Positions 1-11,075 of a stretch of 48,885 nucleotides of DNA are shown piece by piece. The first letter of the stretch is position 1. Every line of letters begins with the position of its first letter. The DNA is from Pseudomonadales bacterium (GTDB lineage: Bacteria; Pseudomonadota; Gammaproteobacteria; Pseudomonadales; JBFGWM01), in the NCBI GenBank assembly GCA_041637915.1, contig JBFKXW010000001.1, positions 1-48,885 on the forward strand, given 5' to 3'. A program made the translations under genes and the position numbers. The notes under the pieces are model-generated. The model saw only the letters and a list, made by a program, of their open reading frames with translations. It was not told the origin of the DNA and searched no databases.

Positions 1-735
1 CCAGGCACCCCGGAAGTAGTGATTGCTGAGTCCGGCATGCAGGGCGGCACTGACCTTGCTCGGCGGCAGCCCGTAGTCACCATTCTGGCCGGCCATGACC
101 GCGCGCACATCCTGATTGTCGGTGCAGCTGTCCAGCAGGGCCTTCAGCGTGGCACCCTTGTACTTGGCCGCCATACGGCCCTGCGTGAGCGCCCAGACGC
201 CCAAACCAAAACCCATCCGACCGCCGGCGGCCTCCATGCGCGCGCCGAAGTCATCGACCTCCTTCAGAAAGCGCACATAGCGGTCAATACCGCGCTTTTC
301 GGCCGGGAACATCTCTACCAGGCGATCCCGGAAGCGTTCATGACTGGCGGGGATTGGAAAGCGGAAATCCGGAAATACCAGCGTATCGAACCCGTCGCTG
401 TCCATAGCCACGTAGTCGAGTCGCACACCAAGACCGGCGAGCATGCGCGGAATCTTGCCACTCGGCCCACAGTCCCCGATGTAGTGCAGACCGATGTCGA
501 AGTTGAAGCGGTTGCGCGGACCGCCGCGACTGAACTGCGTGCAGCAACCACCGGCCACGTAATGCTGATCGAAGATCGCGACGCGAACGCCAGCCTGCGC
601 CAGGTAGGCGCCCGCCAGCAACCCGCCCAGTCCGGCACCGACGATGGCCACGTCCACCGAGTCCGGGAGCGGCTGCTTCACGCGCGGCTTGGTCGCCCAG
701 GTGGGATCGTAATCCTCGGCATCACGCAGACGCAT
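1..735 (-). CDS. NAD(P)/FAD-dependent oxidoreductase (phytoene-desaturase/amine-oxidase-like). Only the N-terminal 245 codons are present; the 3' end runs off the window.
   Basis: Manual reverse translation from ATG (complement 735..733) gives MRLRDAEDYDPTWATKPRVKQPLPDSVDVAIVGAGLGGLLAGAYLAQAGVRVAIFDQHYVAGG.... It has a classic GxGxxG dinucleotide-binding fold and stays open to position 1. It is absent from the ORF track because no stop lies in the window. Confidence 0.75.
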   Translation of the reverse strand, partial: MRLRDAEDYDPTWATKPRVKQPLPDSVDVAIVGAGLGGLLAGAYLAQAGVRVAIFDQHYVAGGCCTQFSRGGPRNRFNFDIGLHYIGDCGPSGKIPRMLAGLGVRLDYVAMDSDGFDTLVFPDFRFPIPASHERFRDRLVEMFPAEKRGIDRYVRFLKEVDDFGARMEAAGGRMGFGLGVWALTQGRMAAKYKGATLKALLDSCTDNQDVRAVMAGQNGDYGLPPSKVSAALHAGLSNHYFRGAW

Positions 736-813
736 GGTCGGCACTCCTCTCAGCTTCAGCGACGGAGGGCATCTTGTCATGGCCGCTTTACAGACGCCAG
801 AGATCCGTTTAAT

Positions 814-829
814 GTGTACACTTGTACAC
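814..829. promoter_or_regulatory. Perfect 7-bp inverted repeat GTGTACA-CT-TGTACAC; candidate operator in a divergent promoter region.
   Basis: Read directly at 814..829. It lies between the divergent starts at 735 (-) and 844 (+), and each arm contains the self-palindromic hexamer TGTACA. Confidence 0.4.
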
Positions 830-843
830 AAGAGGAGCAGCTC

Positions 844-2070
844 GTGGAACCGTTTGTTCACACCACTTCGTCGGATGCGACGACGCCCCTGAGCGCGACG
901 GCGGGGACACTGCTGGGCCTCGGACACATGGCCCTGCGCGGCGCCGAACAGATCACCGAGCTGGTCGCAGAGATGCACGAAACCATCGCCCGCACCCCGC
1001 TGCCGATCGATCGCAGCCAACCGGATGCTCGCCGGGCGCCCCTGCCCTATCGCATGGTCAGTAGCAGCTTCGCGCACCTCGCCGACCTGCTCGCGCGCTC
1101 CGCGCTGCTGTTGTCAGAAGAGCCGTCAGACCCGCCAGGCGACGATTCCCGGCTGTGGCTGCGCGCGGTGCTAAACGGCGTCATGGGGGACAAGCTGGCA
1201 CGCTGGAAGAGCCCGCTGGCCCTGCAGATGGGCTTTCACGACCGCCACGGGCGCCGACTCGACCCACAGCAGATTGGGAGCAAGCCGGCGCAGCAGGTGA
1301 CGATCGTCCTGCATGGCCTGTGCATGCATGACCGCGGCTGGATGAATCCTGCGCACCTGGCGTTCGCCGATGCGCTCGAGGAACGAGGGCATCAGTTGGT
1401 CTGGCTGCGCTACAACTCGGGCCTGCCGGTGGGAGAAAACGGGCGGCTGCTTGCCGGTCAGCTGGCAAACCTGTCCGGACTCCAGGAACAGACCCTGCAT
1501 TTGGTCGGCCACAGTATGGGCGGGCTGCTGATCCGAAGCGCCTGCCACTATGCGGAGAGGAGCCAGCAGCCCTGGCTCAGCGCACTACAGAGCTGTAGCT
1601 ATCTGAGCACTCCTCACCAGGGTGCTCCTTATGAACGCCTGGGTCACCTGGTGAACTCGATCGGCGGAGTAAGCCCCTACACACGCCCGTTCATGCGGCT
1701 TGGCAATATCCGCAGCGCCGCGATTCGCGATCTTCGCTTCGGGAACATCTTTGAGGAGGCGCGCCCGGGCGACTGGGATATCAGCCAGCGCGATCAGCGC
1801 CCGCCGCTGCCGGCGCTGGTTCCGCACGCCCGTCATCTGCTGCTCGGCGGTGGCCGCACCCCGCAGGCGGCGGCCGGCTGGCAGGGAGACGGACTGGTGC
1901 CGGTGGCCAGCGCACTGGGCCTGCACGATGACCCGGAACGGGCGATTCGTGGCGAACAGATCATCCGTTGCGAACTCCCCGACCTGGATCACATTGCGAT
2001 GTTGTGCGAGCCACGCATTTACCAGCGGGTACTGGACTGCATCGAACCACCCAGCCTGCAGCGCGCCTGA
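844..2070 (+). CDS. Alpha/beta-fold hydrolase (lipase/esterase-like, PGAP1/DUF676-like).
   Basis: Nucleophile elbow LHLVGHSMGGLL. A GTG at 844 is preceded by AGAGGAG with 6-nt spacing. The listed ORF 19..2070 is over-extended across the antisense of the upstream gene. ATG 928 is an alternative start. Confidence 0.75.
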   Translation: MEPFVHTTSSDATTPLSATAGTLLGLGHMALRGAEQITELVAEMHETIARTPLPIDRSQPDARRAPLPYRMVSSSFAHLADLLARSALLLSEEPSDPPGDDSRLWLRAVLNGVMGDKLARWKSPLALQMGFHDRHGRRLDPQQIGSKPAQQVTIVLHGLCMHDRGWMNPAHLAFADALEERGHQLVWLRYNSGLPVGENGRLLAGQLANLSGLQEQTLHLVGHSMGGLLIRSACHYAERSQQPWLSALQSCSYLSTPHQGAPYERLGHLVNSIGGVSPYTRPFMRLGNIRSAAIRDLRFGNIFEEARPGDWDISQRDQRPPLPALVPHARHLLLGGGRTPQAAAGWQGDGLVPVASALGLHDDPERAIRGEQIIRCELPDLDHIAMLCEPRIYQRVLDCIEPPSLQRA

Positions 2071-2146
2071 ACGCGGCTTGTCTGGCATGCTGTGGCGGCG
2101 CAAAATGCGTACCTAACAAGCGTTAGGCCGCGAGCAGGGAACATTC

Positions 2147-2953
2147 ATGGGCAATCGCATCACTCGTCAGGACCACGGCGGCATCACGACCGTCACCCTC
2201 AACCGGCCAGACAAGATGAACGGGCTGGATCTAGAGATGGTCCACGCGCTGTGCGAGGTGGGCAAAGAGATCCGGGCAGACAAGTCTGTGCGGGTCGTGA
2301 TCCTGCGCGGTGAGGGCGACTGCTTCTGCGCCGGACTCGACTTCGCAAAAGTAACCAGGCAACCCACGGGTATCATGCGGGCTTTCCTGAAACCAATCTG
2401 GCGAGACCGGAATGCATTCCAGCAGTGTTGCTGGGTATGGCGGGAGTTGCCGGTGCCGGTGATTGCGGTTGTGCACGGCCATTGTTACGGCGGCGGACTG
2501 CAGATCGCACTGGCAGCGGATTTTCGGTTTGCCCGTGCAGACGCCAGGCTTTCCGTCATGGAAATCAAATGGGGCCTGATCCCGGACCTCACCGGCACCA
2601 AGACAATTTCTGAACTGGTGCCCATAGACGTTGCCAAGGAACTGGCCATGACCGGCCGGGTCATCTCCGGACAGGAGGCACAGGCGCTGGGCCTGGTGAC
2701 CCGTCTGTCTGAAGATCCTGTCGCCGCCGCACAGGCACTGGCGACCGAGCTGATCCAAAAATCACCGGATGCACTAGCCGGTATCAAAAAAGTGTTCCAT
2801 GAGAACCGCACCGCGGACGACTCCACCGCACTGGCCAACGAACGTTCCATCCAGACCAGGATCCTGCTGGGACAGAATCAGCGCCGCGCCATGCAGGCCG
2901 GGCTGAAAAAGGTGCCGGCGAAGTTCCGCGCCCGCCAGTTCGATTTTTCCTGA
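2147..2953 (+). CDS. Enoyl-CoA hydratase/isomerase (crotonase) family protein.
   Basis: ITTVTLNRPDKMNGLD...VVILRGEGDCFCAGLDF...YGGGLQIALAADFRFA are typical crotonase-fold motifs. Confidence 0.9.
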   Translation: MGNRITRQDHGGITTVTLNRPDKMNGLDLEMVHALCEVGKEIRADKSVRVVILRGEGDCFCAGLDFAKVTRQPTGIMRAFLKPIWRDRNAFQQCCWVWRELPVPVIAVVHGHCYGGGLQIALAADFRFARADARLSVMEIKWGLIPDLTGTKTISELVPIDVAKELAMTGRVISGQEAQALGLVTRLSEDPVAAAQALATELIQKSPDALAGIKKVFHENRTADDSTALANERSIQTRILLGQNQRRAMQAGLKKVPAKFRARQFDFS

Positions 2954-2972
2954 ACCCTTCCCGACCGACTGA

Positions 2973-5011
<2,039 letters not shown>

Positions 5012-5012
<1 letters not shown>

Positions 5013-5875
5013 TGGAAACGGCGCTGGAGCAGTGGCTACCGGCACTCAATGCACTCATGGCACTGACAGCACTGTTCTCCATGGGGCTGGATGTCTCTGT
5101 GGAGAGATTCCGTGGTGCACTGAGGCACCGCATGGACCTGACCTGGGGCATGCTGTGTAATTTCATCGCAGTACCTGCGTTTGCCTATTTCACCTGCCAG
5201 GTCATGCAGGTGGAAGCAGCCCTGACGCTCGGCATCCTGATCTGTGCGCTCACCCCCGGGGGCGGTGTCGGCACCCTCCTGACCGACCGGGCTGGTGGCG
5301 ACGTCAGCATCTCGGTCACGCTGATGATCCTGTGTGCCCTGTTGTCGATCCTCCTGACACCGGCGCTGGTGGCCTGGAGCGCGGACCGACTGCACATCGA
5401 CACCAGCGGCAGCCTGTTCCTGCGTCTTTTCGTGGTGTTTTTCTTTTTTCAGCTGGTGCCCCTGTTTGCCGGCATGTGGGTACGCCACCATAGCCCGGCA
5501 CGGGCACTGCGTTGGAAACCGGTCCTGGCGAAACTTGCGTTTTTTCTGCTGGTCGGGATTACGGTCGCCTACCTCGTGCTGCACGGTGATGTGCTCGATG
5601 ACGGGCTGCACATGTTGTTTACCGCGTCGCTCATCTCACTGTTCGCCTACGGCCTGCCCATGTTCTGGAGATACCGTGCCGAGGGTGCCCGGCGCGCCTA
5701 TATGCTTACCACCGGCGTGCGCAACCTGGCCTTGTCGCTGGTCCTGATCTCGACGGTGTTCGCCGACGAACCGGCTGTATTGTTCGGGGTACTCGGCTAT
5801 GGGCTGGTGATGTTCATCATAGGCATTGCCACAGCAGAACACCTACGCCACCGGCCGCTGACGCTTTCTGCTTAG
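5012..5875 (+). CDS. Bile acid:Na+ symporter (BASS/SBF) family transporter.
   Basis: Polytopic membrane protein with ...LICALTPGGGVGTLLTDRAGGDVSISV.... The ATG at 5012 shares its first base (A at 5012) with the last base of the fadH TGA (TGATG junction). The ORF-track start at 4862 lies inside fadH. Confidence 0.8.
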
Positions 5876-5970
5876 CGAATCGCAAGCGTGCACCCTGCCG
5901 CCGAATGCAGGAACCTGCCAGACCGGAGGGCAGGAGCCAGTACCAACGGCAGATCGAACAGCAGACGTCG

Positions 5971-6345
5971 CTAGATCAGCGCAAAGCCCAGGAGCGCGAT
6001 GGCGGCCAGTTCAAACAGGTAACAGAGACCTGCTCCGACCTGTCGAAAGCGAAAAGCCGGTGCCAGCATGCCGTAGGCATGCAGCAATCTGGAAACCGCG
6101 AATCCGACCACCAGCAAGGCCTGCATCGTAGCGGAGGCCTGCTCCAGTGCCAGCGCGACCATCAGCAATCCGAAAATCAGCACATGCTCGACCGCATTGG
6201 CGTGCGCGCGGATTGCCCGACGCATGCGCCGGTCCTCGCCGTCGCCGTTGGCAATGCGCAACGTCACCCGCAACCGCGAAACGTGCAGAGCCAGCAGGGT
6301 CACCAGGAGCGCGTGCACCAGCACAAACAGACTGAACCAGATCAC
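5971..6345 (-). CDS. MAPEG family membrane protein (glutathione-transferase-like).
   Basis: About 124 aa with three or four TM segments and a ...RRAIRAHANAVEHVLIFGL... motif. The GTG start at 6345 overlaps the upstream stop (GTGA). Confidence 0.7.
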   Translation of the reverse strand: MIWFSLFVLVHALLVTLLALHVSRLRVTLRIANGDGEDRRMRRAIRAHANAVEHVLIFGLLMVALALEQASATMQALLVVGFAVSRLLHAYGMLAPAFRFRQVGAGLCYLFELAAIALLGFALI

Positions 6346-6806
6346 GGCAGCACCCCCTCCTGCTGGCAGACCGCGGCGTGATCGACGCACTGCCCGGGCG
6401 CCCCGCGCTCCAGCAGTGTTCGCATTTCAGCGGGCACTGGCAGTTTTTCACCACTGCTCGGCTGAAACAGCACATAAACGATTCCGGCCCGCGCCAGCAG
6501 GGGCTGCTCTCCATACCGATAGAACGAGAAGCGCAGGTGGAACGAGGTGTTCCCCACGCGTTCACAGGCGACCGACACGGACAGGATGTCATCGAAACGC
6601 GCTGGCGCCTGCCAGTCGATTTCATACCGTACCACCTGCAAATCAATATCCTGTTTCAGCAGGTTGGCGTAGTCGCCCCACAGGGCCCGCATGAACTCGT
6701 TGCCGGCAATGTCGACGTAATCGGCATAGCGGGCATTGAATACCACCTGTTGTGCGTCACATTCGCCATAGCGAACCCGCAGCAGGTAGCGAAAAGCGTC
6801 AGACAA
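6342..6806 (-). CDS. Acyl-CoA thioesterase, 4HBT/YbgC-like hotdog fold.
   Basis: FRYLLRVRYGECDAQQVVFNARYADYVDIAGNEFMRAL matches the YbgC-type N-terminus with its catalytic Asp. A TTG at 6806 is preceded by GGGAG at 7 nt. GTG 6827 is an alternative start. The track start at 6968 overlaps the upstream gene. Confidence 0.8.
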   Translation of the reverse strand: MSDAFRYLLRVRYGECDAQQVVFNARYADYVDIAGNEFMRALWGDYANLLKQDIDLQVVRYEIDWQAPARFDDILSVSVACERVGNTSFHLRFSFYRYGEQPLLARAGIVYVLFQPSSGEKLPVPAEMRTLLERGAPGQCVDHAAVCQQEGVLP

Positions 6807-6841
6807 TGTGGCACTCCCTGTCGGCACAGAGGCTTTGCTGG

Positions 6842-7711
6842 TCAGGATTGCAGATGCAACTGCGGTTCGTCCCGGTCTGCAGGATCCCAGGCCGGCGGCA
6901 TCAGGAAGTACAACGCCTTGTTCTTCCAGTGTTTTGCCGCCCGGGCATGCTTCAGCAATGAGACCCACTCGTGGAACGCAATCCAGACCGGATTCCGGCT
7001 GGTGAACTCTTTCCGCAGGCCATATGCCACCGGTTCAACCTCCGGCTCAAAGGTGCCGAACAGCCGGTCCCACAGGATGAAAATCCCACCATAGTTCTTA
7101 TCGACATACTGGGCGTTGGCGCCATGATGAACGCGGTGATGGGAGGGCGTGTTCAGGATGAACTCAAACCAGCGCGGCATTCGCTTAACCATCTCGGTGT
7201 GCACCCAGAACTGATACAGCAGGTTGAGCGCGTTGGCAGTGATCACCATCAACGGGTGAAAACCGATCAGCACCAGCGGCAGGAAAAACCACACCTTGAA
7301 GAACGGGCCGGTCCAGGACTGACGCAGCGCTGTGGAATAGTTGAAGTAGGTACTGGAGTGGTGATTGACGTGGGCTGCCCAGCCCATCCACACCCGGTGC
7401 CCGAACCGGTGGAACCAGTAGTAACAGAAGTCCTCTGCAAAGATCACCAGCACCCACGCCCACCAGGCATCCAGCGGCACTTCGAACAAGTGAAACTGAT
7501 AGGTCCAGAACAGCACCCCGACGGCCACCGTCTTCCAGGCAGCTGCGACGATCAGATTGCCAACACCCATGGACAGGCTGGCAACCGTATCCGTGCGCTC
7601 GTACCCCTGAAACGCCGCGTCACCGCGCCGACGCGCGCGCCGCATCAACAGCACCTCGGCGGCGATGAATGCGAGGAAAATCGGAATCGACCAGTAAATC
7701 AGCGCGGGCAT
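6842..7711 (-). CDS. Fatty acid hydroxylase / sterol desaturase superfamily membrane di-iron enzyme.
   Basis: Histidine boxes HRFGH, HVNHH and HHRVHH. The ATG at 7711 gives MPALIYWSIPIF.... Confidence 0.85.
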   Translation of the reverse strand: MPALIYWSIPIFLAFIAAEVLLMRRARRRGDAAFQGYERTDTVASLSMGVGNLIVAAAWKTVAVGVLFWTYQFHLFEVPLDAWWAWVLVIFAEDFCYYWFHRFGHRVWMGWAAHVNHHSSTYFNYSTALRQSWTGPFFKVWFFLPLVLIGFHPLMVITANALNLLYQFWVHTEMVKRMPRWFEFILNTPSHHRVHHGANAQYVDKNYGGIFILWDRLFGTFEPEVEPVAYGLRKEFTSRNPVWIAFHEWVSLLKHARAAKHWKNKALYFLMPPAWDPADRDEPQLHLQS

Positions 7712-7821
7712 CTTGCAGGGTTCTGGCAGCAACAACCTGATTGACTATAACGTGCGCATCGCCGGCCTGCACTCTGGCCTGGCTGGCGCGCACAAACCAG
7801 CCAATGCGGCCCCGATTTTGC

Positions 7822-7849
7822 TTGAAACGGCGCGCAGGCCACGCATAAT
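7822..7849 (+). promoter_or_regulatory. Sigma70-like promoter candidate for the reductase/synthetase/patatin genes.
   Basis: TTGAAA (7822..7827), a 16-nt spacer, then CATAAT (7844..7849), 33 nt upstream of ATG 7882. Confidence 0.4.
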
Positions 7850-7881
7850 GGGTCGCCGCATTTGGATCAAGGAAACCGGGA

Positions 7882-9234
7882 ATGAGTGACTTTCTACTGC
7901 GCATGAGCGAGCAGCCCGCTGCCCGCAACCTGATCAAGTCCATTGGCCTGCCGACACCGCAGGTACTGACTCGCGCCAGTGGCGGGTACCAGGCCAAGCC
8001 ACTCTCGGGGAAAACCGCGCTGTTCGGGGCCGCTGCGGGTGGATTCGCCGGGAAGGAACTGGAGAAATTACTGGGTGCCTGTGGTGCAACCGTGCGGAAA
8101 GAGGCCGGCGAGGAGGAACGCTTCGACGTACTCGCCTTTGACGCGACTGGCGTTCGTAATGCCCAGGATCTGCGTGCGCTCTATGACTTTTTTCACCCGG
8201 TCATGCGCAGTATCAAGTCCTGCGGCCGGATCCTCATCCTGACCGGCATGCCCGAAGCACAGGACACCGCCGCCGCCAGCGCCGCCATGCGGGGCGTGGA
8301 AGGCTTCACCCGCTCCATCGCCAAGGAAGTGGGCAAAAAAGGAACCACGGCCAATCTGCTGTACGTGGGTTCCGCCGCGGCGGAGCGAATCGCCGGCCCG
8401 GCCCGCTTCTTCCTCAGCCCGCATTCTGCTTTCGTGGATGGTCAACCCATGCGGGTCACCACTGCCGTCACGGCTCCCGACCGGTTGGATCTGACCAATA
8501 CGCTGAAAGGCAAGGTCGCCCTGGTTACCGGCGCGGCGCGGGGCATTGGTGCAGCGACCGCTCGGCGCATGGCTGCCGAAGGCGCCCATGTGGTCTGCCT
8601 GGATATTCCGGCCGACGAGGAAACCCTCAACGCAACCGCAGCCGCGGTGGGCGGCTCCGCATTGCCGATGGACGTCACGGATGCCAACGCGCCGGGCGCG
8701 ATCGCCAAACATCTGCAGCAAAATCACGGTGGCGTCGACATCGTCGTCCATAACGCCGGGGTGACCCGGGATAAGACGCTCGCGAATATGAAAGAGCAGT
8801 TCTGGGACATGGTGCTGTCGATCAACCTCGGTGCAATTCTGGCCATCGATGAAGAACTGCTGGGCAAAAAAGTGATCAACGACCATGGCCGTGTGGTCTG
8901 CCTTTCCTCCATCGGCGGCATTGCCGGCAACATGGGGCAAACCAATTACGGCGCAACCAAGGCCGCATTGATCGGCTACGTCGCGGCACAGTCCGGCGAT
9001 CTGGCCGAGCGTGGCATCTGCATCAATGCCGTCGCGCCGGGCTTCATCGAAACCCGCATGACGGCTGAAATGCCGTTCATGATCCGTGAAGGTGGACGTC
9101 GCATGTGCTCCCTGTCGCAAGGCGGTCAACCCGAGGATGTCGCCGAACTGATCACCTTCCTGGGCACGCCGGGTGCCTGCGGCGTGACCGGTCAGACCAT
9201 CCGGGTGTGCGGTCAAAGTCTGATTGGCGCGTAG
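7882..9234 (+). CDS. Long-form (450 aa) 3-oxoacyl-ACP/CoA reductase-like SDR.
   Basis: The C-terminal classical SDR region has ALVTGAARGIGAA, NAG and YGATKAA motifs. An extra N-terminal domain of about 200 aa is typical of this long FabG-like family. Confidence 0.85.
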   Translation: MSDFLLRMSEQPAARNLIKSIGLPTPQVLTRASGGYQAKPLSGKTALFGAAAGGFAGKELEKLLGACGATVRKEAGEEERFDVLAFDATGVRNAQDLRALYDFFHPVMRSIKSCGRILILTGMPEAQDTAAASAAMRGVEGFTRSIAKEVGKKGTTANLLYVGSAAAERIAGPARFFLSPHSAFVDGQPMRVTTAVTAPDRLDLTNTLKGKVALVTGAARGIGAATARRMAAEGAHVVCLDIPADEETLNATAAAVGGSALPMDVTDANAPGAIAKHLQQNHGGVDIVVHNAGVTRDKTLANMKEQFWDMVLSINLGAILAIDEELLGKKVINDHGRVVCLSSIGGIAGNMGQTNYGATKAALIGYVAAQSGDLAERGICINAVAPGFIETRMTAEMPFMIREGGRRMCSLSQGGQPEDVAELITFLGTPGACGVTGQTIRVCGQSLIGA

Positions 9235-9235
9235 G

Positions 9236-11062
9236 ATGAGTACAGTCACCGATCATCGGGTTCACCTGTGGCCCCTGTTGCGCAACATGCTGCGCTACAC
9301 GCCACAGATGCGACACACGCTGGCCGGCATGGTCGGGCTGGCGCTGAGCAAACCCGAGAAGGTCAACTCGATCGGGCTGCTGCTTGAAAAGCGGGCCCGG
9401 GAGCGGCCCGCCGCACCCGCCCTGCAGGCCGCTGGGCGTACCTACAGCTATTCGCAGTTCAACGCCGAGGCCAATCGCTTTGCGCACTGGCTGACCAGTC
9501 AGGGGATCGGACGCGGCGATACCGTCGCCGTCATGCTGGAAAACCGCCCGGAGGCCCTTTTCGCAGTTGCCGGGATCGTCAAGCTGGGCGCAATTGCGAG
9601 CATGATCAACACGTCGCAGCGCGGCAATGTGCTGGTCCACAGCCTGACACTGGTGCGACCGAAGCTGATCATCGTCGGCGAGGAACTCAGCGATGCGCTA
9701 CGGGAAGTGATCAAGGAAGTTGCCGCGGGCGATGCCCCGCTCTGTGCATTCCTGCCCGACGGATCTGACGCCAAAGCACCAGATGGCTGGGCCGACCTGC
9801 CCGACGAACTTGCCACGCAACCCGTGCTGGATCCGGCGAGCACGGCAAGCATCACGCTGGGCATGCCCTGCTTTTATATCTTTACCTCGGGCACGACGGG
9901 CCTGCCCAAGGCCTCGGTGATGTCCCATCTACGCTGGATGAAAGGCATGTATGGTGTCGGTCGCGCCGCAGTACGCGTCCGGCCGGACGATATCTTTTAC
10001 TGCCCGTTGCCGCTCTACCACAACAACGCACTGACGCTCTCCTGGGGGACGGCCATGGGCGGCGGTGCCTGCCTGGCGTTAGCACGCAAGTTCAGTGCCT
10101 CGCGTTTCTGGGATGAGATTCGCGAGCACGACGCGACATTGTTTTGCTACATCGGTGAATTATGCCGCTACCTCCTCAATCAGCCTGCCGGGCCCGGCGA
10201 CCAGGCACATCGCGTGCGCGTGTGCCTGGGGAATGGGTTGCGGCCCGACATCTGGGACACCTTCAAGGAACGCTTTGGCATTGATCACATTTGCGAGTTT
10301 TATGGCGCCAGCGAGGGAAACCTGGCGTTCGTGAACGGATTCAACATGGATCGCACTGCGGGATTCTGCCCGCTCTCCTTCGCGGTGGTGAAATACGACA
10401 TCGATGCAGACGCGCCGGTGCGGGGGCCGGACGGCCATCTGCTCCGGGTCCAGCCGGGCGAAAGCGGCCTGCTGATCTGCGAAGTCACCGAACGGGCGAC
10501 GTTCGATGGCTATACCGACCGCGCTGCGTCGGAGAAGAAATTGTTTCGGGATGTCTTTGCCCCGGGCGACTGCTGGTTCAACAGTGGTGACCTGGTCCGC
10601 GATCAGGGTTTTCTGCATATCCAGTTTGTGGACCGGCTGGGCGATACCTTTCGCTGGAAGGGCGAGAACGTGGCCACCACCGAAGTGGAAGCGGCCCTCA
10701 ACGCATTCCCGGGGATTGAGCACAGCGTCGTGTACGGGGTGGAAATTCCGGGCACGGACGGCCGCGCCGGCATGGCCTGTATCACCGTCAGCGCGGACAC
10801 CGACGGATTCGACTTTACCGCGCTGGGGCGCCACCTGCAGGGTGCCCTGCCCGCCTATGCCGTGCCCCTCTTTCTGCGCTGTCGCCCGGAACAGGAAGTG
10901 ACCGGCACCTTCAAATACCGCAAGGTGGAACTGAAAAAAGAAGCCTTCGACCCACAGCAGGTGGCCGATCCCCTCTATGCCCTGCTGCCCGGGGACGCGG
11001 CGTTCCAGCCATTGGACGAAACACTGCACACACGCATCCTGCAAGGCGAAATCCGCTTCTGA
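9236..11062 (+). CDS. Very-long-chain/FATP-type acyl-CoA synthetase.
   Basis: AMP-binding motif YIFTSGTTGLPKA and FATP-like motif FVDRLGDTFRWKGENV. The ATG lies 1 nt after the upstream TAG. Confidence 0.9.
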   Translation: MSTVTDHRVHLWPLLRNMLRYTPQMRHTLAGMVGLALSKPEKVNSIGLLLEKRARERPAAPALQAAGRTYSYSQFNAEANRFAHWLTSQGIGRGDTVAVMLENRPEALFAVAGIVKLGAIASMINTSQRGNVLVHSLTLVRPKLIIVGEELSDALREVIKEVAAGDAPLCAFLPDGSDAKAPDGWADLPDELATQPVLDPASTASITLGMPCFYIFTSGTTGLPKASVMSHLRWMKGMYGVGRAAVRVRPDDIFYCPLPLYHNNALTLSWGTAMGGGACLALARKFSASRFWDEIREHDATLFCYIGELCRYLLNQPAGPGDQAHRVRVCLGNGLRPDIWDTFKERFGIDHICEFYGASEGNLAFVNGFNMDRTAGFCPLSFAVVKYDIDADAPVRGPDGHLLRVQPGESGLLICEVTERATFDGYTDRAASEKKLFRDVFAPGDCWFNSGDLVRDQGFLHIQFVDRLGDTFRWKGENVATTEVEAALNAFPGIEHSVVYGVEIPGTDGRAGMACITVSADTDGFDFTALGRHLQGALPAYAVPLFLRCRPEQEVTGTFKYRKVELKKEAFDPQQVADPLYALLPGDAAFQPLDETLHTRILQGEIRF

Positions 11063-11075
11063 AGCGGAAGTACCG

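Noticed and set aside
19-2070. A 683-aa ORF in the supplied track that looks like one large protein.
   Set aside because: Its first 240 or so codons are the antisense reading of a bona fide minus-strand FAD oxidoreductase (1..735, GxGxxG N-terminus). Only the part from about 844 onward, which has an RBS plus GTG, shows hydrolase motifs. The single long ORF is a chimera created by the lack of stop codons in high-GC DNA.
2112-2127. A small hairpin CCTAAC-AAGC-GTTAGG between the hydrolase and crotonase genes.
   Set aside because: The stem is only 6 bp, there is no U-tract and I have no conservation information. That is insufficient to call a terminator or operator.
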